A stretch of DNA of 64,000 bases from Oculina patagonica (Eukaryota). Where the stretch lies: contig NC_135765.1 in NCBI RefSeq assembly GCF_052425735.1, positions 33,356,001 to 33,420,000 on the forward strand. The letters are read 5' to 3'. The position numbers and the translations under genes are program-made. How positions within the stretch are numbered: position 1 is the first letter of the stretch; every line of letters begins with the position of its first letter. Below the pieces are notes generated by a model that was not told where the DNA came from, did no database searches, and saw only the letters and a list, made by a program, of their open reading frames with translations. Shown in pieces: positions 11,701 through 23,920 of this stretch.

Positions 11701-13726
11701 TTTTCCAATAGGCACTCCCCCTTATAGCTGATGCCCTCTTTTAAATTAGCACCCCTATCCCAATAAGCATCCCCTTCCAGTAAGGGTCTCTATTGTAAAA
11801 GTGACATTTAAGACATATTTAGATGAGCGAATTGTGTAGTCTGCTTTCCCATCTGAATTAAATATTAAACACTTGAACAAGGAAATGGTGTTATGACTAT
11901 GTGAACCCCTATTGTTACAGTTGAGTATCTGTCAGTATCAGATGTTCATTAAAGTGCTTTATCGCATAATCTGAAAAGAAAAATAAGTGCTCTGTTCCTA
12001 ATAGCACTCTTCTACATGTGTATAAGCACTCGCCCTTGGGCTTCCAAGATCTAGAGTAAATTAACACTCTGAGCACTAAATTTAATCATGGCAGTATACA
12101 AAACTGTTGATTGTATGTTTGTGATTGAGCCAGTAGTGCACATGCAGACAGTTTGGAACAAGTTTCCATACTCCCAGCATTTTTGAGGTTGTTCTAAACA
12201 GCAATTTTTTATCAATACACTTTTACATAGTCATTAGTCAAGTATAAAGAGATCAGGTCGTCACATGGCTGGAAGTGTTGGTTTGAGTGCCTGGGGGATA
12301 AGGTCAGGTGGTTCAGAACATGGTTCAGTTTATTTGTTGATAAAATTAACCTACACCACAAAATGGCATCCAAAAATAATTTAAATTTTGTATCAGTTTA
12401 TTTGGCTCCCCACCCATATTCTTTTGGGTAGAGTCCTTCTGTAAGTGGACAGTCTCTGTACTCAGTCATCAGATGTCCCAGCTACATGTACATACACAGA
12501 TTATTCATTTTCACCTACCCATGAGCAGACAAATAAATTCTAATTGCAGACACTTTTTCGGTCCCTGAGGGTGTCCGCTTATGGAAGTTTGACTGCAATA
12601 TTACCTTCTTCAGTGAGTTTTACTCTTGATTCAGGCTCTTTTTCATACACAGCTAAATCCTGCAAAATCAGAATGGAAGGCGTTTACACAAACTGGTATT
12701 CTTTTTTGAATGTGAAATAAAATTTAAGAATAAGTCTAGAAAGAAGATGGGGGACCACATGAGGAAAATTGGTAAACTGGCAAATTGGATACTGACCCCT
12801 TAACCGACAACTCTGGCAAACACACTGTCATTTTTCACCAGGGTTGTAACTAGTAAGAGGCAAGACAAGGCACTTGCCTCATCTAGATTTTCACCCAAAA
12901 TTTAAAACAAAATATGTTTTGTTTGGAAAATAATCCCCAGTTGAACAAGATTGATTTTTCTCACGAAATACCTCATGAAAATGTCTCTCAAAGAGTTTAA
13001 GAGCTTCAAGGTTTAAACATTTTCTGGAGGGCATGACCCCTGAGCCCCAAGCGAAATCTGGCCTCGTCTATGGCAAAGGTCTTGCTTGGGCTCTGTTCAC
13101 AGAAGCGGATACAGTCAACTCTCTCTGAAATGGACATCTTCAGGACTGGCTCGTCTCATAGTGAGTTTAGTTACAGTAAAATGGGTGACAAAAGGCGGGG
13201 ATGGGACCAACGCCAGGTGTCTGTCTTAGAGAGGTGTCCGCCTTATAGAGGTGTCTGTTAAGAGAGAGTTGACTGTACAACTATCAATGAGCAGAAATTT
13301 ATACTATAATATATTAGCAGCAAAATTACTGTCGGGCGGAAATGCGCATGAGCAGACCATAATTTGTAGGCCGTTATTTGTGGATCACACAGCGGGCTCT
13401 CCGTCAATGAAAAGGAAGACAAAATTGCATCAAATGATAATACAGTCTTACATGTAGAGAGGGGTTTGGGCACCCCTCCCCCCCCCCCCCCCCCACCCTC
13501 TCCCCCACCGTGTAGTGTAGTTTGGCGCGTGGACAGGCTTTTTGAATCAGCATTGAGTAAGCTTATTGATGTGAAATTCTAGTACAACTAAGCTAGTAAA
13601 CGGTGTGTAGTAAACTACTCTCGGCGCCGGTGATATAGGGTGGCACATTTTATGATTTACCTTTATCATTCGTAAAATATCTGGGACATCCTCTGCTACT
13701 GCATCACGTATCCGCCAGTTTTCCAT
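8706..13726 (-). CDS. SAT2: Diamine/thialysine N-acetyltransferase (SAT1/SAT2 GNAT family, SAT2-like), 178 aa; exons 13726-13661, 12659-12605, 11643-11446, 10329-10289, 8882-8706
   Basis: Spliced product MENWRIRDAVAEDVPDILRMIKDLAVYEKEPESRVKLTEEEMLRDGFGEEKPWF...YIYSTWEGRSLYLEDLYVDPTCRGKGIGTEMLRRVSSIAVEKGCVRVDWNCLNWNKTAKDFYEKLGA...KIAS*. All introns are GT-AG with consistent phases (exon lengths 66/55/198/41/177 nt). DGFG, YSTWxG, LEDLYV, RGxGIG (acetyl-CoA) and WN..A..FY..LGA motifs are present. Confidence 0.93.
9011..9251. mobile_element. MITE in SAT intron 4
   Basis: aataggccattttacagttg ... caactgtaaaatggactatt. Confidence 0.7.
9458..9863. mobile_element. Kolobok-like MITE with TTAA target duplication
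   Basis: ttaa|agggaacctc ... gaggttccct|ttaa. Confidence 0.75.
10625..11060 (+). mobile_element. Degenerate tRNA-derived SINE with an internal insertion
   Basis: Box A-like ggtggcct..tggttag, box B-like gagttcaagccc and the conserved cttgggcaagacactttactctc core. Confidence 0.65.
13110..13277. mobile_element. Tc1/mariner-like MITE
   Basis: tacagtcaactctctct ... agagagagttgactgta. Confidence 0.7.
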
Positions 13727-13912
13727 CTTTTTTCAGTCGCAACTGACTATATAATCCTCCACAAAGGCAAGAAAAGTGTGACACAAACAATCGAATCTTG
13801 CAAAAATCAATCCGCAACCCCGCAACCGGTCAACACAACTGTCGAAGCACTTTCCGTACTCAGAGATTGTTGAGCCCCCGTTCTGTCTTACCCGCGGTAT
13901 GTTATAAAATGG

Positions 13913-15221
13913 CAATCTCGAGCCCAGAGTGTGCCCCGGCTCTCCGGTCCGTCAGCGGTTGGTCAGCGGTAGGGTCGCCGGTACACACTCTGGGAAACTG
14001 AAATGTATTTCTCTTTCTCTATTGGCCCTCACAGAACAATAGAAATCAACACGGAAGTCTGAAAATCTTCCCGGAAGTAAACCAAACCGGAAACCCTGGA
14101 AAAACATTTTTTCGTTTTCCATGATCAAATGTTCAGAAGTATCAGCTTAATTTTGTAAAAACACCTAAGAAATCGTGATATGGCTCTAAATAAATGAAGT
14201 ATTTTCTAATTCTACCCTTCTCTTTGAACGTAAAAGATACCATGAATAAAAAAAGGACTTCTTTTAAACGTCGATTCTGAACGGAGTTTTAAAACAACAA
14301 CGACGGCGTCACCATGGACAAGGTTGATTGAAAACTCAATTTATAGTTGACTTACAAATCTCGCTACAACTGCTGTTTTCATTCAAATCTCCGTTCCGGT
14401 GAAAAAACTGAATATGGCAGACAGTGCACGATTCAAAATAATTACTAATGACGCAGAATTTGAACATTACGCGTTGTTGTTTTGCTGAAGAAAAGGAATT
14501 GTACAAAAATTATAACACACGTGTGCACGTGCTGAGTCGCCAAAATGCTAATTACGCCTTTTGAATAGCGTTGACCGGTGTACATGTGGCCTTCAACGTC
14601 TTTATTAATATCACCGCCATTCAACGAGGAAAAAATTGTTTGCTCGAAAACATGCAACCTATCCTGAAAAGATGCACTGTCAGCGAGAAGCCTTTCCAAT
14701 ATACAAAAAGTCGCCAAACAAAAATATGCGAAAGTCGCCAAACAAATTTTTTTTTATGAACAGAACAATAGCTTGTCCGTGCGTTGTATATTATGTAAAT
14801 TTTTTAGCTGTCCTCTGCAAAACAACAACGGCCGGACACACGCACGCAGTCGTCACAGACGGAATCCTGGAAGGCTAACAACACCTTTGATTTAAAACAA
14901 ACATAGCAGAATGCTCACGAAAGAGACTAAAGGAAATCAAAACACCATACGCTCTTTTGTTAACTCTCTCTTTTGTTAACTGCAGGACGTTATTGTTACT
15001 TTTGTTGCTTCAATAAACACCAGTAATACTGTAGTTCAACTTTCTCGATTTACTTCCGTTCTGGGAAATTTACTTCCGCTTAGAGCTAAGAGCATGCGCA
15101 ATAAAAACCGGAAGACCAAGGTTCTACCTGGAATCGACCTGAAATTGATCTGATCGATTCCAGTTTCCCAGAGTCCATCCCATACCGCTGACCGACTAGA
15201 TGGACTCTGGGCTCGAGATTG
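13913..15221. mobile_element. 1.3-kb non-autonomous DNA transposon just upstream of the minus-strand SAT
   Basis: TIR caatctcgagcccagagt / actctgggctcgagattg; 9-bp TSD ataaaatgg; empty site at ~28892-28900 in the other SAT copy. Confidence 0.75.
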
Positions 15222-16091
15222 ATAAAATGGCAGGTAGTCGACCTAGTACCCAGCTCTCTCTTTCGGTCGAACAATATACGACGAGAGGGCAGTGCGTGTA
15301 ATGGCTGTCCCCAAGTTATGACTTACAAATGAGGAGCAATATGATAGTTTTTAAACGAGGGAGGAGATGATAAGGGGATTAGGGGGTGGGAAGTCTACGG
15401 GGTACGGACATCGGGTAGTATTTTCTCTATTTTGGGGGAAAGCAAAAAATACCTCCCCACCCCCTCCACGGCCTCCTTCTCTCAATTCCATCCTTAGTTA
15501 TACAGCGCTTCAAAACTACTCCACCTTATAAAAATAGAGGATCCCCATATACCAGGGTAGGAGCAACAGCTCCTCAGGGTCCCAAACGGGTTTAGGGCTC
15601 CAGGCCGAGTCCAGGGCCTCAGCTAAGAGCCCAAAAAGCTGTAGGGTCCAGGTCGGGCTCCGGTCCCCCAGAGCTCCGGGCTCTCTAGTAACTATTCAGG
15701 GCTCCGCATTCTGCAGCACGGGGCTCCAAGCAGCAAATTACGATGGAGACTGGGCTTAACGGCGTCGTGTTGTATTCACGACTGCTTACTAACTTTACGT
15801 TTTCTTCGAGTCACAATACTCGTTTACGAGAAAATGACGATTTACCTCCCTGACGAGCTCCAGCCATAAAAAAGCCACCATTTTTTGGTCAATGCGTTTT
15901 CGCCTATCTTCACACCACAACGATTAAAAACGGTCCTCTGCGTTTTTCCTCGTCCACACTAAAAAGCACGAAAAAAGTTGTTTTACTTGTTTATATGTCA
16001 CGTTATAAAAGGTGTATTTTTATTGAGAACGAAACATTAAAACAATGCAATGTTAGAGTGGAGAACCGCAAAGAAGTACACCGAAGTGTTT

Positions 16092-16550
16092 ACCATTTTC
16101 TCGATTAAACGTCGGACCCCGATTAAACGCCGGCCTCGTATAAACGCCTGGTCAAAATTGCTATTTTTTAAATAAACGCCGGGGCGTTTGTTCGAGGTCC
16201 CGGCGTTTATTTAAGGTCAAACTAACAAGTAAATATATTCTGTTTGTTACAAATCTTGATTGCAACATAAACTATTCAATCCGTAATAATGCATCTTTGG
16301 GAAATAATCGCCTTTGGATACCCAGGGACAGTTTTTCGGGGCAGAACGAAGAGAAAAATCGTCCCGCCTTAACAAACTGCCCCTTGGTCTCGAAGATCGG
16401 TAACAATAAATCAATCAGAAAAATTGGCAGAAAATTGCAGTCCGTTAATAAACGCCGGGCTCCGATTAAACGCCGGCTTTAAATAAACGCCGAGTTCACC
16501 AAGCCAAGTTTGAAATAAACTCCGGGGCGTTTAATTGAGAAAATACGGTA
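16092..16550. mobile_element. MITE with internal taaacgcc repeats; duplicate at ~55273-55731 and related copy at ~45824-46516
   Basis: taccattttctcgattaaacg ... cgtttaattgagaaaatacggta. Confidence 0.65.
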
Positions 16551-16893
16551 CTTCCCTAGTGGACTCCCCAGTGCTCTTCGATTCAGTTCACGATAAGGCA
16601 ATAACATCATGATGACGTCATCGCCTACAAAGCGAAACCAAACTCAAGGGATTGTGGGTCAAAATAACCAATTTGTTTGGGCAGGAGTCATGGGCTCCTG
16701 GTTTGGGAGAGAAAATAGAAAATATCAAAGCCAGACTGTAAGCTAACTTGCACTCGCAGTCTATTTTTCTCTCGAATTTCAGTCGGTACCACCATTCTGC
16801 GTTCGCATTCCTGGGGATATAAAAACGCTCGTCGGATATTGAGAAAAAAGACGGACTACAAGTAGACTAAAGCCCACTGGACCTGTACTACTG

Positions 16894-17413
16894 ATGGAGT
16901 CAGCAACGGACGCGAGGGAAAAGCCTCGAGAAACCTCCCCTCACATCAAAGTCGGCTGACGGTTCGTTTCGTTCTTTTTCACGGCGATCTCGCGGCACCG
17001 CGAGTGTGGAAGAAAAAGTGAGAAGACGACGGCAAATTCAAGAAAGAACGGAAAAACTTAACAATTGGAGTGAAAACGAACGCAAAATACAACAACAGCT
17101 TACGGAGCCAGCAACGAACAGGATAAGCCACGAGAAACGTCTTAAATTAGCTGCTTTGGCCTGGGCTTGTACCCTCACACCACCAACAGGCTTTCCCAAT
17201 GATCAGCATGAGCCACCGTCGGATGGTTCGTTTCTGACCGTTTCTCTCTTTTTCATGACGTTCTTGTAAAATTTGCACCGCTTAGCTCCATAAAACACAG
17301 CGCTAACATTAAGTTAATTTTTTCGTTTCATAGACGAGAGCCTGGAAGACAAAGTGAGAAGAAAACGGCGAGAGGCACTGTCTTACAAGTGGGATGAAAA
17401 CGAAGGCAATTGA
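16894..17413 (+). pseudogene. Other copy of the putative orphan ORF, with a 4-nt indel near 16912 that puts the ATG out of frame
   Basis: acggacgcgagggaaaag here versus acggacgggaaaag near 56090; the ATG frame ends as MESATDAREKPRETSPHIKVG*. Confidence 0.25.
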
Positions 17414-19141
17414 CATGTATTAAAGATTATAAACTAAAGTAATCGACAGGAGTTTCCGCATATTAACACCATACTAACATACTTAATTATGCATACAACT
17501 CTCATTCTATTTACAACTACGGTTTCGATACCGTTCGCCTGTGAAGAATTATGTGGAAAAATTTGCATGTTTAATTTTAACCACAAAAGTTTGGGGCTGT
17601 GCAGAAATCTTTCTCGTGTATAAATAAATTAAGTCTCTTGCTTAATTGATGGTAAGAAACTGCTCATTGTGCTCTTGTCACTGGTAACAGAAAACTTCAA
17701 GAGTGCTATAGATATCATATCCAACCCTTGGTTTGATAGAATACGAAGCCATGAGCCGTGACCTTGGAAAATTCTGCGACATATCGAGACATACATTTTC
17801 CTATCTATAGCGTTCTTCAGAGTCACTCAATATCAGCCAATATCATAGTTTGGATTGGCTAAGTTCTTTTGATTTATAAGAAGTAAAAGATAAATCGAAC
17901 TGCCGCCGAATTTCTGACCGTTCGTAACATTGGTTTGTAACTTGCTTTTAATAAAAGATAAAGCTACAGAAAATTAAAATTCAAAATTGAAAACCAGCAC
18001 TGCACATCCGTAAGTTAACTTTTTATCCCGGACCGACATTTGAATGCGATCACATGAAGTTTTTCAGCCCGTTTGCCCGGGCCATAAAATCGCAAACGTC
18101 TTTTTAAGAAGATTTCTTCTGGAGGCCGAGCTGTTTACAAATGGAGGAGGAGAACTGAAGGGATCAGGGGGCGGGAAGTCTACGGCATACGGAAAAAAAG
18201 AGAGGCCTGAGAGGGGGATGGAAATAATGAAACATTTCTCGACATCGGGTACTATGGGTCAGGAGTTGTTTAATCCATGGACCAGTAGAAAGTAGAATAT
18301 TGCTGGCCTGGTAACTAATTCAAAGCTCTTCATGTACACATAATGACACACATGACTACAGCATCCAAAGTAATATTTATTCCAATTTGATGTACTTAAT
18401 ACAACACGCGAGCTCCGCGGGGGGTCGAACTAGTTTGCTGAAGATGATATGGGATACAACAAATAAATCATGGTTTAGCAATTTTTGGCCATGACTTCTA
18501 TACTGTGGCGGATTTAATTAGAAATCAAATAAAAGTGTACTAGTTAACAGTGTAAGGTGAGAAGAAAAATGTGTCCCAAAGCTCAGTAGATACCAATGAT
18601 CATCCGACACATGGTGTTAAGGGAGTGGAGGGTGAAACAATGATTTTCCAAAGAGATCTACTCGCTATGATGGTGAAAGCAAAACGGGGATGGATTTCAG
18701 CGAGACCAATACTTTGTACTCACAAACAGCTACGCTCTTCAACCTGATTAGCTGTTGTGTCGCAAGATAAACCACCACCAGATCGACCAACAGATGTGCG
18801 TGAAAACAATAAAAGAGATTCTATCCGGCGACACAAATAACATCCTGCCTTGACATGATGTTTGGTTTTATTTCACAATTTCTATACAGTCTTAATAATA
18901 ACTTGAAGCCCAGAAGAAGTTCATGCCATTTAATACACACTGTGCAGCAAGTACTATTTTCAGGATGGAGTTTCCCAGCTAGTGATTTATTTGTAACATG
19001 ACGTCACCTTCTGACATCAATCTGACATACAACATTTGGTACGCTCGTGAGTGTTTGCCGTGTATATTGTTTAATAGGCTAGTTGCAAGTTTGAAAATCT
19101 TCCCTTTTACTAAAGAGGTTTGTGAGCCACATTGGTGCTTG

Positions 19142-21484
19142 TTACTCTATTTTTGGTTGCTTGCCAGCAAATTCCAGTAAATTTTCTCCGGTGATGCGAT
19201 ACAACTTCCACTCATCCAGACACACTGCTCCGAGCTTCTCATACAAGTCCCTGGCACTTTTATGCCAATTTAAAACAATTCCATCCACTCTGGCACAACT
19301 TTGCTCTACAGCTATCTGAAATTATAAAGTAAAATTCACTTTACCTTGTTGGTAAAGGTAAAGTCTGTGTCGGAGCCTAAGTGGCCCATACAGCCGGAGC
19401 TTATCCCAGTTTCCGTAGCATTAAGCGACTGAGAGTATTACTACTCCCCCCTGGATGGGATGCTAGTCCATCGCAGAGTTATCCCCCAGCAGTAAGTTCG
19501 CCGGTACCCATTTATACACCTGGGTGGAGAGAGGCACTGTGAGAGTAAAGTGTCTTGCCCAAGAACACAACGCAGTGCTCCGGCCAGGTCTCGAACCCGA
19601 GCCGTTCGACTCAGAGCTGATCGAGCGCGCTAACCATTAGGCCACCGCGCCTCCCATGGACCCTCATGACCTCTCCCTATTCTTTTCTCTTCTCTCTCTC
19701 CTCCCCCTCCTGAATAATTTTTCATTATAACGGAAGACAGACATTCATGAAATGAGGCAATGATGATTCAGTTCAAATCTCACAACATCCATCATTTTTC
19801 ACGACCAAAATCTTGAATGTGATGTAAGAAGGTATAAAAGTGGGCTGGGGGGGGGGGGGGGGGTATCAGAGAGTATGGAGGTCATATATCTGCAAATAGG
19901 TTTTTATAGATACAGTATTCTCTATGCCAGTTAAATCGATGAAAAACTCCAACATAATGGGACTGCATTATTAATTCATCAAATAATCAGAAAAAAAATG
20001 AAAGGTGAATTCAGTTCTGAAATCACAGTGATATCAGCATGAAGCGCCCCTGGATGGAATGGAATGGCTTCCATGTCTGGCTACTATGCCTTTATTTCCT
20101 TCTGCGATTTTATTTGGTTCACTATCAATACTTCTCCAGAAATTAGAATTAAAGAAATTAAAAAAAATAAAAAGACATAAATTTGATATTTACAATAAAA
20201 AGAGACTGAAATTTAACTACATTGTTTACAAATAATTTTAACAGTAATTCTAAAGTAAGTTAAGTAGATCATGTGCTACATAAAACACAATTCTCGCATT
20301 CATGGTTAATTTTCGGTGAAAAATTGCAGAGACGGTAAGTTTTAAAAGTTAGTTGAGATTCGATTCCACAGCATAGGTCCCATATATATGTGTTTCCCAT
20401 AGGTGACAGTATTAAATCTGGGCATGTGGAAATATATCTATATCCAAAATCTGGGCATGTGGAAATATATCTATATCCTGTAGCCTTCTTTCATAATAAA
20501 ACCAACATTTTCAAGAGAGACCATAGTTTATGTTTTTTCAAGGCTTGAGAGAGCTATGTTTATATACAATCTCCACCTACCACACAAACTCTTTTCAACA
20601 TCTCTGTGCCAATACCTTTACCTGTTAACAAGCAAATCAATATCAAATAGATAACACAAAAATAAACAAATACCAGTATATGTAAAATTAAGGTTCAGCA
20701 TAAAGTAAATTATTACAGTTCTACATGTATACAGGCTTTTAATTTAGAACTACATAAATCAACTTCTTATTGTTACTTATTTTCGCGGGACTTTAATTTT
20801 CGCGATTCTCGCGATTTTCAGAAAATTGCGAAATTAAAGTCCCGCGAAAAACGGTTCTCGCGAAAAATAAAGTCGCGAACTTTAAACCCTTCAATAAAGT
20901 TCGTTACAATTAATCAACGTTTCGGTCATTTTCTACAAAAATTTTTCTTGGTCCTTTTGGTCAGTTTTCTGCAAAATTATCTTGGTTCAGTCGTCAAACT
21001 AGCTCTACTTTATGTTAACTAGCTCTACTTTGTTACAGAGGAACATGCCAAACTGTTTTAAGTGTTGTGTCAATTTTGAGACTTACTGATTGTTATTGCA
21101 GACCAGTATTTTGACAATTTTCGTGACATTTAGCCCCTTTAAATGCATTTTTTTGGCCAAAGCTCAAAATGTGAGTCCCATGAAATATGCCCGTTCCATT
21201 TTCGCGAAATTAAGTTTCCGCAAAAATAAGTAGCAAAAGGTAATTTAATTTCAAATTGATACAAATCGGTTCTGTTGTTTACACTGTACCTCTATAAGTT
21301 GGATCGACATAAAGGTCTTCCAATTGTAGGGACCGCCCATCCCACGTAGAATAGGTGTAAAAATATGATACAAAACCAATTGCCTTTTTCTTTGGTAAAC
21401 AATTATTTTCGTCAGTGAAACATAGCTCCTCTGTTATTAGGCATCCAAACCACGGCTTCTCTCCAAATCCGTCCCTAAGCATTT
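19142..21484 (-). CDS. Divergent SAT2-like paralog, exons 3-5 only (21484-21290, 20621-20581, 19315-19142); 5' exons cut off by the gap
   Basis: EMLRDGFGEKPWFGCLITEE...YTYSTWDGRSLQLEDLYVDPTYR|GKGIGTEMLKRVCV|IAVEQSCARVDGIVLNWHKSARDLYEKLGAVCLDEWKLYRITGENLLEFAGKQPKIE*. Splice sites are intact and there are no internal stops. Confidence 0.82.
19345..19655 (-). mobile_element. tRNA-derived SINE
   Basis: Reverse strand gggaggcgcggtggcctaatggttagcg..ggttcgagacc..cttgggcaagacactttactctcacagtgcc..(tttacc)n tail. Confidence 0.75.
20762..21242. mobile_element. MITE rich in ttttcgcg/cgcgaaa in intron 3 of the divergent SAT; duplicate at ~59933-60413
   Basis: ttacttattttcgcgggac ... ccgcaaaaataagtagc; related to the 42755 family. 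Confidence 0.55.
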
Positions 21485-22113
21485 CTGCAAGATACCGCAA
21501 CAGATTTGATTTAGCACGTTCCTTTCAACAAGCGTCCCCTACCCAATGGCCAGTGCCTCTTGGGTATCGTTTTTTTTTTTCAATAAGTGCTCTTACTCCC
21601 TATAAGCATCCCCATCACAAAAGAGGCATTCGAGATATTTTAATATCTAAAAAACAGTCAAGTGAATTTTTTAGTGACTACAAAATTTACTTGACTGTTA
21701 AATATCAACTCTCCCATCTCGGGGGCGGGGAGGGGGAGGGGGAGAAGGGGGGTTCAGGGTAGCAAAAGGGTTATGCGTGTCATGTGATTTGACAAAAAAA
21801 AAAACGCGTGACACGTGAAAACAGCTCAAATCAGGCCGTGTTCCGTGAATTTCCCGTCCAGAATGTCTTTCGTTCGATTTGCTAACTTTTACGACCGTTA
21901 TTCATGATTCATGCTAAAATGTTCGTGTATAATTTATGGTAGTAAACCGAAATTGACAAACGACACGAATCATGAAGACAAAGATTGTTCTTGTGTGGAG
22001 GACAGGTTTTTCTCGGCTCGAATTATGGGGTTTAGGACTTTTTTTATACACTGAGTTTGCCTGAGAGTTCACGTCTCGCTACTTAGCTGTTACTAGGCTT
22101 TTGAAAGGTAATA

Positions 22114-22613
22114 NNNNNNNNNNNNNNNNNNNNNNNNNNNNNNNNNNNNNNNNNNNNNNNNNNNNNNNNNNNNNNNNNNNNNNNNNNNNNNNNNNNNNNN
22201 NNNNNNNNNNNNNNNNNNNNNNNNNNNNNNNNNNNNNNNNNNNNNNNNNNNNNNNNNNNNNNNNNNNNNNNNNNNNNNNNNNNNNNNNNNNNNNNNNNNN
22301 NNNNNNNNNNNNNNNNNNNNNNNNNNNNNNNNNNNNNNNNNNNNNNNNNNNNNNNNNNNNNNNNNNNNNNNNNNNNNNNNNNNNNNNNNNNNNNNNNNNN
22401 NNNNNNNNNNNNNNNNNNNNNNNNNNNNNNNNNNNNNNNNNNNNNNNNNNNNNNNNNNNNNNNNNNNNNNNNNNNNNNNNNNNNNNNNNNNNNNNNNNNN
22501 NNNNNNNNNNNNNNNNNNNNNNNNNNNNNNNNNNNNNNNNNNNNNNNNNNNNNNNNNNNNNNNNNNNNNNNNNNNNNNNNNNNNNNNNNNNNNNNNNNNN
22601 NNNNNNNNNNNNN
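22114..22613. other. Assembly gap (500 N)
   Basis: N run. Confidence 1.
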
Positions 22614-23499
22614 GTTTTAGTGTGCATGGACGAGGAAAAAAGCAGAGGACCGTTTTTGTCTCGTGTTACGTGACGGTCACGTCGTAAACGACGTGACCGT
22701 CACGTGACACGAGAATATCCTGTGGATCTGATCGGTCAGGATAGTGCTTTGTGTAAGACCTCACGTAAGGTAACGAAGTGATAAGGTCAGTGTCTTTAGC
22801 GTTCCACGGCCTGACTTCATCAGGTAACAAAGAACTAAAGAGTTTATGAACAAGTAAAAAGTGAACAACAACTAAGGAGTGAAGAACTAAAGAATTCTCT
22901 TTAGTTGTTCATTTCCTGATGAAGTCAGCCACTATTAGCTTTCTGTACGGTCAGCCCTTCTGTTTTTTATTTGTTCGTATTTATATACATTTTGCTGATA
23001 AGATGCATCAGGATGCGGTTCTTCGTATTGTGCGTTTTCTTTTCGAGTTTTAAAAGTGTTTATTTACACATGTGGATCATATAGTGAAAATGTTTGGATT
23101 ATAACGGATTCGGCTGTTAAACTTTTCTCTTCCCTTTTGAAAAAATAATGGTTTGTGTAAAATGTGATATATTACATGAAGTACTGTCTTTTGTAATGCC
23201 GCCAAATCTGATAATCAGATTTTATCGAACTGAATTAAAAAACAGATGTTGTTTTTACTTGACTGATAGTTCTGTTTATTTAAAGACGTCACGTAAGGTA
23301 ATGAAGTGACAATTACACAAGGTAGGAAGGTAAATTTGTATAGCAGGTTTTGCAGTCAGAGAATAACCTAATTGTCTCCAAAAACATGGTGACGGTGTGG
23401 ATAAATGTAAACTGTTAGATGATTTCAATTTGCTACAAGATTGTCTGAACGGCTGATGTGCTACAAGATTGTCTCACGGTCTCGTTTGGTCTTCTGCAA

Positions 23500-23920
23500 G
23501 TTTGGTCGTCTCCCTCCGGATAACCTCTTGTTGCTTTTTGACGGACTCAACTCTGGCTGGCTTGCTGAACGGCATTATCTTGTGTTAAACTTGCGTTCGT
23601 TTTCAGTTCACTGAGTTTCTGGTTCTTGAGTCCAACAACCAAGCAATCATGTCATCTTTCTGTGGGCCATATTCACAGAACTCGGCTAGGCAATGCAGAG
23701 CAGTGATAAAATTCTCACGTTCATTTTGACGTGTCACAAGTTGTTTAAATTTAGCTCGGTTTTTCAGGCCTTGATAGGAAAGAATAAGAGCTTCAAGTGA
23801 ACACTTTCCTATACGCCATCGGTAGCGAAGTCGAGAATATCATGGCGAGTTTTGCATTCTCAGAGGCAGGCGATGTAAAGCGTACGACGTGGTCAGAGGA
23901 AAGTTTGACAGTCATTTCGT
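23500..23920 (-). pseudogene. Ty3/gypsy gag remnant inside the Helentron
   Basis: Frameshifted pieces RAKF..ENFITALHCLAEFCEYG..DDMI..LVVGLKNQKLSE..AVQQA..ESVKKQQEVIR. Confidence 0.6.

Noticed and set aside
22808-22930. Inverted repeat containing CTGATGA (possible Penelope-type hammerhead ribozyme)
   Set aside because: I could not find a correctly placed GAAA with closing stems; at most a decayed remnant.
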